From Chiloscyllium plagiosum (taxonomy: Eukaryota), in NCBI RefSeq assembly GCF_004010195.1, contig NC_057753.1:13988485-14052484 (forward strand): DNA of 64,000 nt. The letters are read 5' to 3'. Under the pieces are notes generated by a model that was not told the DNA's origin, ran no database searches, and saw only the letters and a list, made by a program, of their open reading frames with translations. This document shows, in pieces, positions 37,880 to 51,956 of this stretch (position 1 is its first letter; the number at the start of each line of letters is the position of its first letter). The position numbers and the translations under genes are program-made.

Positions 37880-38360
37880 GATCCGATATAATTACACGAC
37901 TCAGTTGTTCGTTTTCTTGAGATGCAATGTTACTAGATATGCCACGAGAGGACGTTTTAACCTCACTGCCTTAAACTCGATATTTCCTTCTCTTCTTGTA
38001 GACTGCTTCTGCATTCTACACCACTTGCCTTTCCATTATTTTCACGTAATCTGTAAACTTGACAATGTGCATTCCCTTTCTTCGGGCTTTGAGTTGATGT
38101 GCATCTTTGCTCTTTCTGTTCCCATTCGCACTCGGAGAGAAACTGTCCCAAAATGTCTTCTTCAAACTTTCATGGATTGTATTTGGGCGCCGCTCACAAT
38201 GCTGGTACCGATATCTAATGATCCTTGAAAACGTGGCAGTCAGACTGCTTCGTCAGGCACTGCAGTGTTGCTGGTTTAGATACTGTCGTTACATTTGCTA
38301 TGACCCAATCAAAAATAAGAAAATTCGGTTGCTGTTACACCTACTGGCAAATGCAGCAAC
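37880..38360 (+). pseudogene. Possible heavily decayed GPR139-like GPCR relic
   Basis: Out-of-frame remnants in family order: RY(C)HERT resembling KYCTERT, LPFHYF...LDNV resembling NVPFYF...NVPW, DCIWAP, ILENVAVRLLR, DPIKNKKIRLLL. By-eye only. Confidence 0.3.
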
Positions 38361-39630
38361 ATCATTATCCTCTACCGTTTAAATATTTGAAAATGTAGAT
38401 ATGTATTTATCTCATCACTGTGCCCAAATCCCTCAGATCGGCTGCCTGGACTGAAGGGTTCTCTCATAATTAGCGAGCAGCTCTTTAACTATGCGATTCC
38501 AGTTCTGATCCGAGAAAGTCAAGAACTCTGTTCCTTCCATGAGTTTACCGAAAGGCAAATAAACTAGTTAAAAATCAATATTTGTTCAATCTCTGCACAA
38601 AACGCTGTCATCTAGTGAATGCACTTTTCTTCCTTTCTCCTGCGATCGTCTAAAGTTACATTCAAATGTAGCTGATTGGTTGAATTGAAGGACAAAGAAA
38701 TTTGAACTCTATGGCTGCCACTTAATGTCTTTGGCAACTATAAACTTATGGTCAGAGATACAGAAAGAAAAGCCTCTTCCGCAGCTATTCATGAAAACAA
38801 TTGCATCTTAGACTCGCTCTGCTAAAATTTTGCGTGATCTCTGCAAGAATGACGCCCAGACCACTGTTTTTATTCCTCACAGCTGCAGCTGTTCTCATGA
38901 GAGGGGTTAAAACTTCGAGAAATATCTGCTTCAGATCATTGGTAGGAATCACATTTATTTAATCAGTTGCTGAAGAAAGAGAGAGCAATGCATTCTACCC
39001 ATATGAAAATTAGCATTTGGACTTAACACCGACCAACGTTGGGGGTAGTTACTAAACGTCCTCAAGTAAATGACAGCAGAAGAGTTCAGTTGGAAATCCA
39101 TCCAGGATTGCTGACTAAGATGCTCTGACAGCATTTGGAGATTTAATCGCTCTGACTTAAGCAGTTTTACATTAATGCTATGGAGATGAATTGCGAAATA
39201 ACTTCACTAGGAGGTTTGTCTGCTTTTTGAGGGAATTGCATTTAATCATTCAAAGCTCTTTCCCGTTACATACACTGAGTTTTTGAGAAAAAAAGCGATT
39301 CGTGTTTAGTTTCCCTGGTATATGTTAAACGTGGCTGACCATTTCCGGGAACTTTTCGTTATTTTTTCTAGTTCTTGTGTTATTGTTCAAGGTTACAAAT
39401 TGATTGTAGGTAATAAAAATCGTTTAATTGCTTTCTCCAATTTCTGTTTACTCCTGGTTTTTACCGTACGTTGTTGAGGAGATTCCAGCACACAGACACC
39501 AGCTTCAAAAACAGTGTTTGAGAGAGATGATGCCCAGTTTTTCTGTAATTACACGACAAGCACCGCTCCTTACCTTTCCTGGTATTCTCAAAATTCAAGC
39601 GAGCCCATGGATTTTTTTTATTACAGTGAA

Positions 39631-40730
39631 ACCAATACCGTATGTACACAGAGTTAATTCCACGAGACAGATTTTCCTCGTGTTTGATCATGTGAATCAC
39701 ACAGTGAAGCTGGAAGTATTAGAAGATAGAACATAGAACATAGAAAAGTATAGCACAGGACACGCTCTTTGACCCACGATGTTGTGCCGAGATTTAATCC
39801 TAATGTAAAATATAGTAACTTAACCTACGCACCCCTCAACTCACTGTTATCCATGTGCATGTCCTGCAGTCGCTTAAATGTCCCCAATGACTCTGCTTCC
39901 ACCAATACAACTGGCAACAGCATGCCATGCATTCACAACTCTCTGCGTAAAGAACCTACCTCTGACGTCTCCTTTATACCTTCCTCCTAATGTCTTCAAA
40001 CTATGACTTCTCGTACCAGTCAATCCAGCGCTAGGGAAATGTCTCTGGCTACTGATTCTATCTATTCCTCTCGTTATTTTGTACACCTCAATCAGGTATC
40101 CTCTCGTCCTCCTTCTCTCCAGAGAGGAAAATCCAAGCTTTTTCAACCTTTCTTCATAAGATTAGCCCTCCAGTCCAGGCACCAATACCGTATGTACACA
40201 GAGTTAGTTCCACAAGACAGATTTTCCTCGTGTTTGATCATGTGAACCACACAGTCAAGCTGGAAGTATTAGAAGATAGAACATAGAACATAGAAAAGTA
40301 TAGCACAGAACACGCACTTTGGCCCACGATGTTGTGCCGAGATTTAATCCTAATGTAAAATATAGTAACTTAACCTACGCACCCCTCAATTCACTGTTAT
40401 CCATGTGCATGTCCCGCAGTTGCTTAAATGTCCCCAATGACTCTGCTTCCACCAATACAACTGGCAACAGCATGCCATGCATTCACAACTCTCTGCGTAA
40501 AGAACCTACCTCTGACGTCTCCTTTATACCTTCCTCCTAATGACTTCAAACTATGACTTCTCGTACCAGTCAATCCAGCGCTAGGGAAATGTCTCTGGCT
40601 ACTGACTCTATCTATTCCTCTCGTTATTTTGTACACCTCAATCAGGTCTCCTCTCGTCCTCCTTCTCTCCAGAGAGGAAAATCCAAGCTTTTTCAACCTT
40701 TCTTCATAAGATTAGCCCTCCAGTCCAGGC
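39631..40730. repeat. 550-bp tandem duplication spanning a CR1 3' end and its flank
   Basis: accaataccgtatgtacacagag at 39631 and 40181; paired near-identical ORFs in the track (39769/40319, 39874/40424). Confidence 0.92.
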
Positions 40731-41000
40731 AGCATCCTGGTAAAACTTCTTTGCACACTCTCCAAAGCCTCTGTATCTCTCCTATAGTAGGGCAACCAGA
40801 ACTGGACACAATATTCCAAGTGTGGTCTCACCAGGGACTTGTAGAGCTGCAGTAAAACCTCGCAGCTCTTAAACTCAATCCCACGTTAATGAAAGCCAAA
40901 ACACCATATGCTTTCTTAACAACCCTATCCATTTGGGTAGCAACTTTGAGGGATCTGTGTACATGCACACCCAGATCCCTCTGTTCCTCCACACTGCCAA
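39726..41000 (-). mobile_element. CR1-type LINE 3' fragment(s)
   Basis: KKLGFSSLERRRTRGDLIEVYK, EEQRDLGVHVHRSLKVATQMDRVVKKAYG; (atagaac)n tail. Confidence 0.9.
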
Positions 41001-42363
41001 TTGAAAACAGCATTGACAGATTCCGCACTCTGAGACCCACGGAGACTCAGATATGTGCTGAGACTGACAGAACGACACTGAACCAGACAGTGCACCAAGC
41101 AGACAGTGAAAGCAGGATTGAATTTGACATTATTCCAGAATTTGCGGTGATATCTTATGCTTCACATTCGAACGCAGAGCTTTATTGGTATGGATGAAAA
41201 GCATTTGGTTTATTTCATACCTTTGAAACGTGCCAAAATGTTTCACTGTTACAACGATGAGGTGATGTGAAAATGCAACAACTGGTTTTGGTCCAGTAAA
41301 CCTGCACAAAAACAGGGGAATACAATACTCGCTTTGAGAGGCATTGACCTGTCACATGATGCTAAGAACGGAACACTCGAGCAATCTGCATTATGTCAAG
41401 CACATGGAGGACTATTGAATAATGTCTCCGTTCCTTCATTTCAGCAGCTGCAGAAAGGCAAGTGATGGATTCACTGATTCAGGATGATGTAGACTTTCTT
41501 TAAAATATCAACGATAAAGACGGATGAAACTCCCGTCTGAAAAACGCTAACCACCTGAAGACAACCAATAGCGGCTGATTAATGAGTCAGAGCAGACACT
41601 GAAATTCTTAGTCACGCGGTGCTGTTGTTTTTTGGCTCGTGGGAGTTGAATACTTTTCACATTCTTTGATTGATTCTTTGCCAGTGGCTTACAAACTTGC
41701 ATTTAAGTTGTGTGAAGAGAAGCCTTTTCTTGTGATATTTAACCGAAACAGAATCCTTTTATGACTTTGGAGAAAGAGAAGGCAATTTGGTTTTTAAAGT
41801 GATCGACTCCTTGGGTTCCGGGGAACTTTAAGTTCTCTTACCAATGGCGTTCCTGGATTTTGAGCCAGTGACACTGAAGATTTATATCATGTTGAAAATC
41901 AGGATTGTGGCTGATTTGTAGGGAAAGGTACAGTTGATTTCGTAATCACAATGTTCGGGGTTTTCTTTTGTATTTGATTTATTCTTCAATCAATACTCAT
42001 CTTGAATAGCATTAGTCTAACCATCTAAACATTGTTATCAGAGGCTGCAGTCAAGTTTTCCTTGTGAGTCAGTGAACTAAGTAATTGAAACTGACAGTCC
42101 ACTTTGTCAGCGTGAGCGACGGAAGTTATAACAATAATGTATGTTGTTCCTGAACAAATAATTAGCGATACTCAACTCTGGTTGTCATTGTAACCACGTT
42201 TAGAGCCCAGATCCGCAACGGTTTATAATTAAAACGATATTCCAGTTCTACGTGCAGTCCTTCACCCGCTTTCTTCCAGGCAAGAATAAATTTAATGATG
42301 CATAGTATTCAGATTTCTGATTTGAAGTGACAGGGAACATAGAGTGCGGTTCCACTCATTTTC

Positions 42364-42985
42364 TCCAGTCCACTTTCATTTGTTCATTGCCACCGAGAAC
42401 CATCCATGACCACCTCTGCCTCCCGAATGATCCTAAGTTCATCCAACTCCAGCTCCAGTTCCCTAACACGGTCTTGGAGGAGCCGGAGATGGGTGCACTT
42501 CCTGCAAGTGTAATCAGCATGGACGACCATGGCATCCCTTACCTCAAACATGTTGCAAGAGGAACATTGCACTGCTTTCACTGCCATCCCTCTAAAAGTA
42601 ACTTTTTAAAAAAAAAAATAGGTCTAAAGCATAGAACAAGCAAAATGCAGCACTTACCTACTTACCACAACGGGTCTTATTATTAGGTTAGAGGAGGGCG
42701 GGTGGGAGGCACTGCCTCTGTAGTGCCTCGGGTTCCTCTCCTGCGCGCTTTTATAGGGAAAAAACCTACCCAGGTAAGCTTGCGCTACACCAGCTTCCGG
42801 GTCCGCTCCGCAATTTTTTTTTAAAATTCAAATTTAAACCGTTAAACAAACGTCACCGAGCCTTCAAACAACCACTGCCAAACAGCCCTTATCTGCTCCG
42901 CTGAGAGAGTAAGGCCTAGGCCTTGGAGCTGAGCGCTTTTATAGGGAAACAAAACCTACCCAGGAAAGCTTGCGCGACACCACTT
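42364..42985 (-). mobile_element. CR1 5' end: 5'UTR plus ORF1 zinc-finger/leucine-zipper start
   Basis: MAVKAVQCSSCNMFEVR...YTCRKCTHLRLLQDRVRELELELDELRIIREAE (42384-42587); UTR motif gcgcttttatagggaaa..cctacccagg repeated at ~42745 and ~42933. Confidence 0.85.
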
Positions 42986-43455
42986 ATCACTTCGCTGTGC
43001 ATTGCTTAATGCCAGCGAGTAACTCTTTTTTTGTGGTAGACTCTGGCACTGATACAACAGTCTACTATTACCCAGAACTGGCCGAAATAGAAAAAAAACC
43101 TGGCCTGTGTTAATTTGCCAGGAGTGGAGATTATGTCTTTAATGTCATTATTCATTACACCAAATAGTAGTGATTATTCTGCTGCATAACATTATCTGTG
43201 CGGCTTCTGTGAACAGCTTTTATTCTGTCCTAGTTGCATTTTATGTGGTCCGGCCTGTTGTGTCAAACTCTTCTTCATGAATGAAATATTGGATTTGGCG
43301 TGAGTGCAGGAAAATGGGTGCGTGGTAACATCAAATCTATTGAACAGAATACTTTCGAAAGACCAAATGGTTTCCATCAATTCCTGTTTCTCCGATTCTA
43401 TTGATGATCTCCAACATGTCCTGAGCTGGAGAACAAACAAGATTAAAACTGATTG

Positions 43456-44094
43456 TATTATGGACTAGGCCAGACCACTCGAAACATTCTTAAGCTGGCA
43501 GCCCAGAGAATAACTTTGCGATTTGTTTCGGTAAGTGTACAATGAATATTACCCAAAGTAACTTCGCTCAGTTGACTACTAGATTTTTAAACACAAAAAA
43601 CTTTATTCCTCCAATTGCACAATGAAACACAAAGAACCCGACAGAAATCAACCCATCCGGCTAGAATTAATGATGATGTTCCGAATACAAACAAAGGTCC
43701 AAATAACCAATCTCCCTTTAAAAAAAACACAATATAAATGCAATACACACTCACAGGTTGAAGTTGAAGGGCTGGAAAGATAGAGAGAGAGTTTCACACA
43801 GTTCCCTGTTTAACTTCCCAGTTTAAACTCAACTACAAACTGCTCAGTTCAGCTAGCTAAAGAGCTTACCACTACAATTTCATTATATAGGTCACTTCTA
43901 AAGCATGACCACTTGGCATATCTCAACTGATTACATATTAACGAAAGGCCTCTCAAAATCCTTTTCAACTCCGGACCAAACCAGACTGATTGGAGTCTGA
44001 CCCAGTTTATTTCCCCTCTGAGAAAAATCAAGGATAGAGTATCCTTGAGACAAGGGACAGCATTGAGAGAGAAAAGGGGACGAGCGTTGTGACA
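43456..44094 (-). mobile_element. Probable solo LTR
   Basis: Plus-strand ends TATTATG (resembling TGTTATG) and TTGTGACA; tttatt (AATAAA on the minus strand) at ~43602; flanks ATTG and ATCA could both derive from an ATCG TSD by CpG decay. Confidence 0.5.
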
Positions 44095-44560
44095 ATCACG
44101 TGTGAGCTATTGTTACTGTGAGTATTTGAAGAAAGGCTGATTATGATGCAGCATTATGTCAAATCCGATAGGAAATATTTCAGATTTAGCTCTGTCTCTT
44201 CAAACCCACAATCAGCTCGGAATTGAAAGAAAAGTTACTCTAATTTTTCCCAGCATCAGGTCAGCACACGTACTGCCTGCTTGACTTAGTTATTTACCTT
44301 TGCGAGCTACTAGATTATCATTGAGACGTTCTCTTACAGTGCTGCATAATATTATCTGTGCGGCTTCTGTGAACAGCTTTTATTCTGTACCAGTTGCATT
44401 TTATGTGGTCCGGCCTGTTGTGGTGTCACTACTGGGTCTTCCCTGCAGCGGCCTGTACACTGATTCCATCTCTATGCATTTGCTGATAACCTTATTGAGT
44501 GAAAACCAGGCTTCCAATCACTCTCCGGTGTGTTTTAATTAGCTTGTCTTGCAGTAGTTA

Positions 44561-45060
44561 NNNNNNNNNNNNNNNNNNNNNNNNNNNNNNNNNNNNNNNN
44601 NNNNNNNNNNNNNNNNNNNNNNNNNNNNNNNNNNNNNNNNNNNNNNNNNNNNNNNNNNNNNNNNNNNNNNNNNNNNNNNNNNNNNNNNNNNNNNNNNNNN
44701 NNNNNNNNNNNNNNNNNNNNNNNNNNNNNNNNNNNNNNNNNNNNNNNNNNNNNNNNNNNNNNNNNNNNNNNNNNNNNNNNNNNNNNNNNNNNNNNNNNNN
44801 NNNNNNNNNNNNNNNNNNNNNNNNNNNNNNNNNNNNNNNNNNNNNNNNNNNNNNNNNNNNNNNNNNNNNNNNNNNNNNNNNNNNNNNNNNNNNNNNNNNN
44901 NNNNNNNNNNNNNNNNNNNNNNNNNNNNNNNNNNNNNNNNNNNNNNNNNNNNNNNNNNNNNNNNNNNNNNNNNNNNNNNNNNNNNNNNNNNNNNNNNNNN
45001 NNNNNNNNNNNNNNNNNNNNNNNNNNNNNNNNNNNNNNNNNNNNNNNNNNNNNNNNNNNN
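44561..45060. other. Assembly gap (500 N)
   Basis: Run of exactly 500 n, typical of a fixed-size scaffolding gap. Confidence 1.
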
Positions 45061-46404
45061 GCATTCACTTACAATTCTCCAGGTTTCAAGGATCAGCTGA
45101 ACACTCGTCCACACTAACATCATTAGTGCGAATAAGTGTGAAAGTATGCAAAACTGTAACTTGGTCAGGTCAATTGCACAGCAAAGGCATTTGAAAAAAA
45201 AGCACTCAGATCTGTGTTTCTGTGCTATCGCTTGAGATTCTGTTCTGTTAATCCTCTCCTGCTAAGTCATGTTAAATAAACTTAGAAAAGTCAAATTTAT
45301 TAAAGCTGGGTGGAGGTTCACAACAGGTTATTCTCAATTCTTCCTTGCTCACTCACCATCCTATTAGAAGAAAAGTTTACTTTTTATTTCAGAACACATT
45401 GCATTTAGGTACTTAATATTGGCACCATAAGACAATAAGAAATGGGAGTTGAATTATGCCGTACGTCCAACGATTGTGTTCTGCCATTTGGTCATAGTTG
45501 ATACGTTTCTATTTTCCTGCATTCTCCACATTCCCCTTAATAATCATTAACCTATCTACCGTTGCCTTAAGAATTCTGAACTTGGCTTGACAAGACAATC
45601 GGTTCCACAGATTCCCCAGCCACTGGCTGAGGAAATAACTTACCACAGTTCTGAGTCTTTGCCTTTTGTTGCTCGACTAGTAGTGGAAAGAAACAGTCTC
45701 CACGTCCATTCTATGCAGACCTTTCAGTATTCCATGTGTTTCAATTAGATTGTCTCTCATCCTTCTATACCCACCGAGAACATAACCAGAGTGCTCAAGC
45801 ATTCCCCGTATGATGTAACACTTTATATACTGAAGTGATTCAGGAAGTTATATTTAGAAATTGTGTTTAAAAAATTGCTTGCTTTTACAGTGATGCATAC
45901 ACGCTAAAACCTAACTTGCTGTTTATTTATATTTCAAAATACACACATATGAAGTAAGAGACCCGTAGGTTTCCTTGGTGGTCTGTAAGCTTTCCATTTT
46001 AATACCCTGTCTTTATGAAATTTATCCCCTTGTTGACTGACAAGGACAGAAATTGAGAATACTCCATTGTCCTGCTTCTGTATCAAGGACCATATTTCAG
46101 TCTGTATCGCAGCGTATCCAGTATAAATCATGCCCTGCAGACCAAATGCATGACTCAAAAAGGTTCCTTCGCGGGAGTTGGGAGCTGCAAACGAAACCTG
46201 AAAATCTTCTGCTTAGTATTCCAACACCAGAATACTTGGCAACTTGTTAGATCCTCCCAGACAGAATATAAATAATTATCAATGAAGCCTGGCTATAAGT
46301 GGCGACCCTTTGTTTCAACATTGCTGGCAGTTGATCGAGTTCTCTATCGACTCCAAGGAATGTCAAGGTGAAAGCTTCAGAAGTTTCAATGATCCTGATG
46401 GAGA

Positions 46405-46895
46405 AAAACTGCTTCACTGCTTTGAGTTGTTGAACATCCGGAACTCTGTATTGGAGAATGGTCACCCGAAGACACGAGGCCGAATTTCCCTGACGTTTGA
46501 AGCATTTACCGACTGGGAAAGAGCATCCCTGTCTGAAGATTGTTGTTCAGTATTCATTCATCCGTTGTCGTAGCGTCTGCTTTGTTACACCCATGTACCG
46601 TACCTCGGGACATCCTCGGCTGCAGTGTAAGTCATATACGACGTTGGCCTAGTCACACGAGTACCTGTTGCACATTTCAGGTGTTTACACCACGTGTAAT
46701 GGTGGAATCCATGTCGATATTCGGACAAGTCGTGCTGTTGCTGCCCTTGATATGGCTGCATGGTGTTGTGGTCCATGTTGACCTGAAGGCTGGACAGTTT
46801 GCTGAGAACAATTATCTGTTTGAGGTTTGGCGATGTTTAATGACGAGAAGTAGAGGCATAGGGAAGGGCTTGGCGAGGTGCTCATCCAACTCTGA
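46405..46895 (-). mobile_element. Decayed Penelope-like element, GIY-YIG endonuclease region
   Basis: Minus strand RYSCD*ANVVYDLHCSRGCPEVRYMGVTKQTLRQRMNEY...CSFPVG...LRVTILQ (VVY...YMG is a GIY-YIG variant); LRVTILQ is shared with the element at 56690. Confidence 0.82.
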
Positions 46896-47419
46896 CTGAA
46901 TTACCTGAGAAGATTAATGACAGTGATGGTCAATTCCAAGTTCCCACACAACGCAATTTGTACACATACAATTTAATGGGTCCACACATAAGGGCTAAGT
47001 TTGCAACATAAATCTGGGCATCATGAAAACAGAGAAAAGACTGGTGTAATATAAACAGGGACAGTACATGATGCAGAATGAAACATTAAGAGGCAAGCCC
47101 AAGTGAAATAGAATTTTTTTTTCAGTATTTGATTATTGCACATCACTCTTAAGCCCAGGATTAATGTCATGGAGAAGGAAGTGATGCGAACAACATTCTT
47201 GAACTGACAAAATCTCTCTGGCACTCAAACAGGTATAGAATATGAATATGAACAGCTCTGCCTGGCAACAGCGAAGAAGGTGCCATATAGGTTTAAGTCG
47301 GGAAGATCTGTCACTTGGAGAAGAGCTTCTTCCTCTCCATATGCAAAGCCACACTAATCCCTAAAGTTAGTGGAGATTCCAGGGACGTTTCTGGAGATTC
47401 CAATGCTGATCGAAAAATG

Positions 47420-47789
47420 CTCGTGAGTTATTGCAACGTGTTTTGTACATGGCATACACTGCTGCTGCTGTGATGTTTGGGAGCATGTTGAAAATAATGA
47501 AAAAAGATATTAATCATATAAATTCCTTATTTTGCAAGGTTTCAACTGCATACGTGCTCCTGAAGGTGAATTCATCAGCTAAGTGAAATGTTTTCTGTCG
47601 CATTCTCGTGAGTTATTGCAACGTGTTTTGCACATGGCATACACTGCTGCTGCTGTGATGTTTGGGAGCATGTTGAAAATAATGAAAAAGATATTAATCA
47701 TATAAATTCCTTATTTTGCAAGGTTTCAACTGCATACGTGCTCCTGAAGGTGAATTCATCAGCTAAGTGAAATGTTTTCTGTCGCATTC
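47420..47789. repeat. 185-bp tandem duplication
   Basis: ctcgtgagttattgcaacgtg at 47420 and 47605. Confidence 0.9.
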
Positions 47790-50419
47790 TTCAGTTTTGC
47801 AGTGCAGATGGGAGGTGGTGAACAGGTAGTCACAGGAAACTAAAGTAGCTACTCACCGCATAGGGCCAAGGTTCTCGTCTGCTTTTTCAGCCACGGCACT
47901 GATATGAATGGACTGTGAACATTTATAGTCAGTGCAAACCCCAGATGTAGAAAGTCATGGATTCAGCTGTGGCAATGCCGTTAAATGAAAATGATGTCCT
48001 TGTGGTATTATTGCAGGACATTTAAAACTACGAACCATGAAATATTCGAATTCCCCACAGCAGATGATTGAAGTTGGATTTGAATTTCGAAAATTTGTAA
48101 ATAAAAGCAGAGGCTGGTTACATTTTCAGAAAATAATTTGACTCCTGGCTGCCCATAGCCATCTCTCTTCTGCAGGCCAAGACTGCGATGCAATAAAGCC
48201 ATCTCGCTGGGATGAGTGCAGGACAAAAAAAAGAAGATGTTTGACGTCATCCAAAACAAAATATCGCATATGATAGGCATCATGTGCAGAAGCAGTCACT
48301 CCCTACACAACAGAGACTGGAAGAATATTTCTGTTGAATTCTGGCACCATTATTTCAGGAATTGCAACGATTATTTGGACCGTTCTGAAAGACTGGGATT
48401 CGCAGCCAGTTTGTAACAGTGAAAACCGTGGTGCAACAGGTTGCTTAAATAATATTTATTGTCCGTTTTCATTATTCTCAGTATTACCTCCAATCTGTTG
48501 ACTAAACAATAAGTAACAATTCTATGAATGAGATTGTCGACATCAAATTTAGGCATGTATAAAATGTAATAGGACTGTGTTTGTAAGCAGATGTCTTGCT
48601 TCACTATTTCACCGAAGCAATATCGGACTTATGTCATGGACACTTTCTGTAATGTCTCTCCCTCCATTTATGTACCTTTGAAGGACACAAATTTTTCAAG
48701 TGGTCTAACGGGGTCCAACCGATGTGTGATTGTTTGGCAATTACTTGGCGAATGACACTTTGGAGGAGATCAGGGTGGTAAGGTGTAGGTACGTGATTAT
48801 TCATGATCATATTGAATCATGGAACTGTCTCAAATATTCGACAGAACTTCCATGTTCATATTTCCCATTTGTGAACGCTTGTGATTTGCGAGTGGACTGG
48901 AAAGATATGATAATCAGTGAATACATATGTTGATCTAAAGATTTGAGCTGATGAAGTCCTTTTACTGGAAAAGATAGAACAAGGACATTACGTCATGGAT
49001 TTCCTTATGAATTATGAAAGGATTCAATGTTATAGGTGTGGAACCACTTTTTGTTTTGAGTGTCAGTCCAGAAGAAAGAACAACCACTAAAGGACAGAAA
49101 TCGGAAAAGAACCCTGGGGGGAGAATATTTCAATATTTGTATACAGTGGTGCATGAGAATTTGGAGATCATAAAGAAGTGGAGTGAACCGAGAAGCAAAA
49201 CTGGAGTAGGAAGAAATGACTGGAGAGGCAAAGGTTCTGATGCCTATATTTCAGTAAAGTTTGAAGGGGGATTCAATCGAGTGGAATAAAAACGCATGTT
49301 GTCTGTTAAATAGACTGACCCTTTTCTGAAAATTGTTGAAGATGTAAAGATCTGTGAAGAACAGGGCCAAACAACACCGAAGACGACAAATCATTTGGTT
49401 TTAGAAAATTGGACTTGCTAGAGATACGTTAGACTTTTGAATAACTATAAAACTACCGTAGAAGTGTATGAAACAGAAAACTAAAGACATCTGACAGATT
49501 TTCGGACAAAGTTGCAAGAGGGAAAATCTTCAACTTCGGGAAAGTAGATGCGAAAAAAGGAGGCAATTTGTTACAAAAATTAAAATGAACATAAAGTTGA
49601 AAAGCACGACCGCCTTCATGCTCAAAAAAAGTATAAATGGATCGAGACAATCAAATATCCTCACGCAGAGAGGAATTTTATTCTTCCATGTTCCCACTGC
49701 GAGATGACATATTCGAAATTTCTAAACTCGATTTGTTCCAATATTTATTGGATTAAATTTTGAAAGTTATCAATGAATCCATATCTGCCTGTATAAAACA
49801 AAATCGATAATCTTCCTCGTGGAATCATGTTACAGTAATGAGTCAGTAAATTTCAAAAGCTCATGTTAAGACAATTATTACGAATAAAGAAAATAATCCT
49901 GAGATTAATGTATTTCCTCTCTAAAATATGAACTATCAGTTTAAAAAATCCTAACAGCAACTTTCAGTTGGAAGTTAGTTAAAGTACGTACTGGAACAAC
50001 AAATGATTCCAGCAGCAGTGGAAAATGTAAGGGCAATGAAATAATTTGATTAGAGCTAGAAACAATGGGATTATACATTATGGCGAGCAGGACATAATTC
50101 TATTCTGTCATATGGTATGATTTCTATTGAAGTCTAATAATATATTGCTTTAAAAAACACACGTCTGAAAACTATGTTACTAATAAATTCCACTCTTCAC
50201 AGAGAAACAGTTTGGAGAAAGAGATGACTGTGAACAAACCTATTGTGCGTGTGCATGTTTTCATTTCTTTGTGCGATGTACACACCACTCACTGAGTCAG
50301 TTTTCAATGTCCATCCATAGCTTCAGTTAAGAAGGTGATGTTGAGCTGCCTTCATAAACCATATGCATCCACTTTGCCAGGAAAGAGCAATTCATTGAAT
50401 TTGACAATAGAAAAATGGG

Positions 50420-50700
50420 GAGTGATTGGTCCATCACGTCCACACTGACATTCCGAAGAGCAGCCCATCCAGACGCACCCTTCCACTCTATGCCAGTAAC
50501 CGTGGATTTCCTATGGAAATCCTCCGAGTCTGCAACACCTATGGACGATTTGTTATGGCTTATTCACCAAGCCTGCACGTCTTTGGACTGTGGCATGAAA
50601 TCAGAGCAAATGCTGGAAACCCACGTCGCCACAGGGTGAATCTGCAAAGGCTACTCCAATAGTCGCCCGAGTCTGCAGTCCAACCGAGGTCCCTCGGTAG
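50420..50700 (-). mobile_element. Old HE1-type SINE
   Basis: gcctgcacgtctttggactgtggcatgaaatcagagca..ggaaacccacg. Confidence 0.6.
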
Positions 50701-51057
50701 ATTATGAGAAGTGAGACAATTGAACAATGGGATGGGAAGAGGAAGGAAATGAGGAAGGGAAAGCTTGAAAAATTAAGGAAGGCGGGGCACTGCAATGAAT
50801 TAATGAAAAAATGATTGAATATGAGACGACAACAATGGGATGTTAAAATAGCTTTTATAACTGATAACATGGTTTGGAATCATATTGAAAAGCGAAGCCG
50901 TTTGCATAGTTCAACAGTCCTTTTGTGTTGGCAACACAGAACTGTCAAAGTGAAGAATGAGCCTAACATAGCTACAATGGTTCAAACTGAATTCAGAAGT
51001 ACTACCAACTGAAGCTAACTGACAGGGAAAGACATCAGGGAACTGTCTCTTCTTGCA

Positions 51058-51956
51058 CTACTTGAAGAAAATTCTGAAGCTGGTGAAGGGATATATTAGC
51101 ACATTTTTAAGCTCCTCACGGAATCTTTTCTGCGCTATGATGTAGATGAACACGTTGTTACAGGAACTGAGCATTTGGAGCATGAAAATGGACTCCTGAA
51201 GGATATACTGCGGGTCTTTGAAGTCCAGTCCACCGAAGTAGACTTCACCTGAAATCTGCACATAAAAGAAGCGGCCAACATACGTGGCCCACAGGAAGAG
51301 GAAACTGAGAGAGATTGCAAAGAGGAGAACAATCGACCTTTTGCGATTGGACATCTCCTGGTCTTCATGATTCTCTTTGCCCCGGATCCTCTTGCGTGCT
51401 CTGCTGGCTGCTAAAATGTTACTTACAGTCAGGGCATTGAGTAGTAGAATGAGAAAGAACGGGAGAAAGGGGACAAAGACATGATGCAGCCAGTCGTAGG
51501 CTTGCCAAATGGGCGAAACATAATAGATTGGCTTGATAATGCACAACCAGGGTATCCCATTCAGTATGTACAATGGGCTAAAGATGAAGTAAAAAGGGAC
51601 ATTCTTGATGAAACTCAGCGTGCACACGATTCCTATCACCACTGACGCAATTTTCTGAGTGCAATACCTGATCCTCAGGCTCTGGTAGCAGATGGCCACA
51701 AAACGGTCGAAGGTGAATGCCACAGTCAACCAGACTGAGCCATCCCGGATTGTATAAATCAGCACGGTGCTGAGCCTGCATGAAAGAGTGGTGGAAAGAG
51801 CACTGTCTAGAAAGTAGATTCGGCCGATCCGATTCAAGATGCACCCATTGATGATAAGAAGGAAATCCGTCACTGCTATTGCCACCAGGTAGTATGTGAT
51901 GCAACAGGAGAGTCCACACCGTCCTCGTAACAGGATTACAATGGCCATCAAATTTG
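51058..51956 (-). CDS. GPR139/GPR142-like class A GPCR, exon 2 (rest of TM1 through TM7 and C-tail)
   Basis: Acceptor cttttcatccttcacAG; NLMAIVILLRGRCGLS..ITYYLVAIAVTD...SVWLTVAFTFDRFVAIC...LLNALTV..ILAASRARKR...RKRSIVLLFAIS...LSSCNNVFIY...RFREEL; open to the TAG at 51058. Confidence 0.92.

Noticed and set aside
44499-45194. Long X-rich ORFs
   Set aside because: Artefacts of the N gap.
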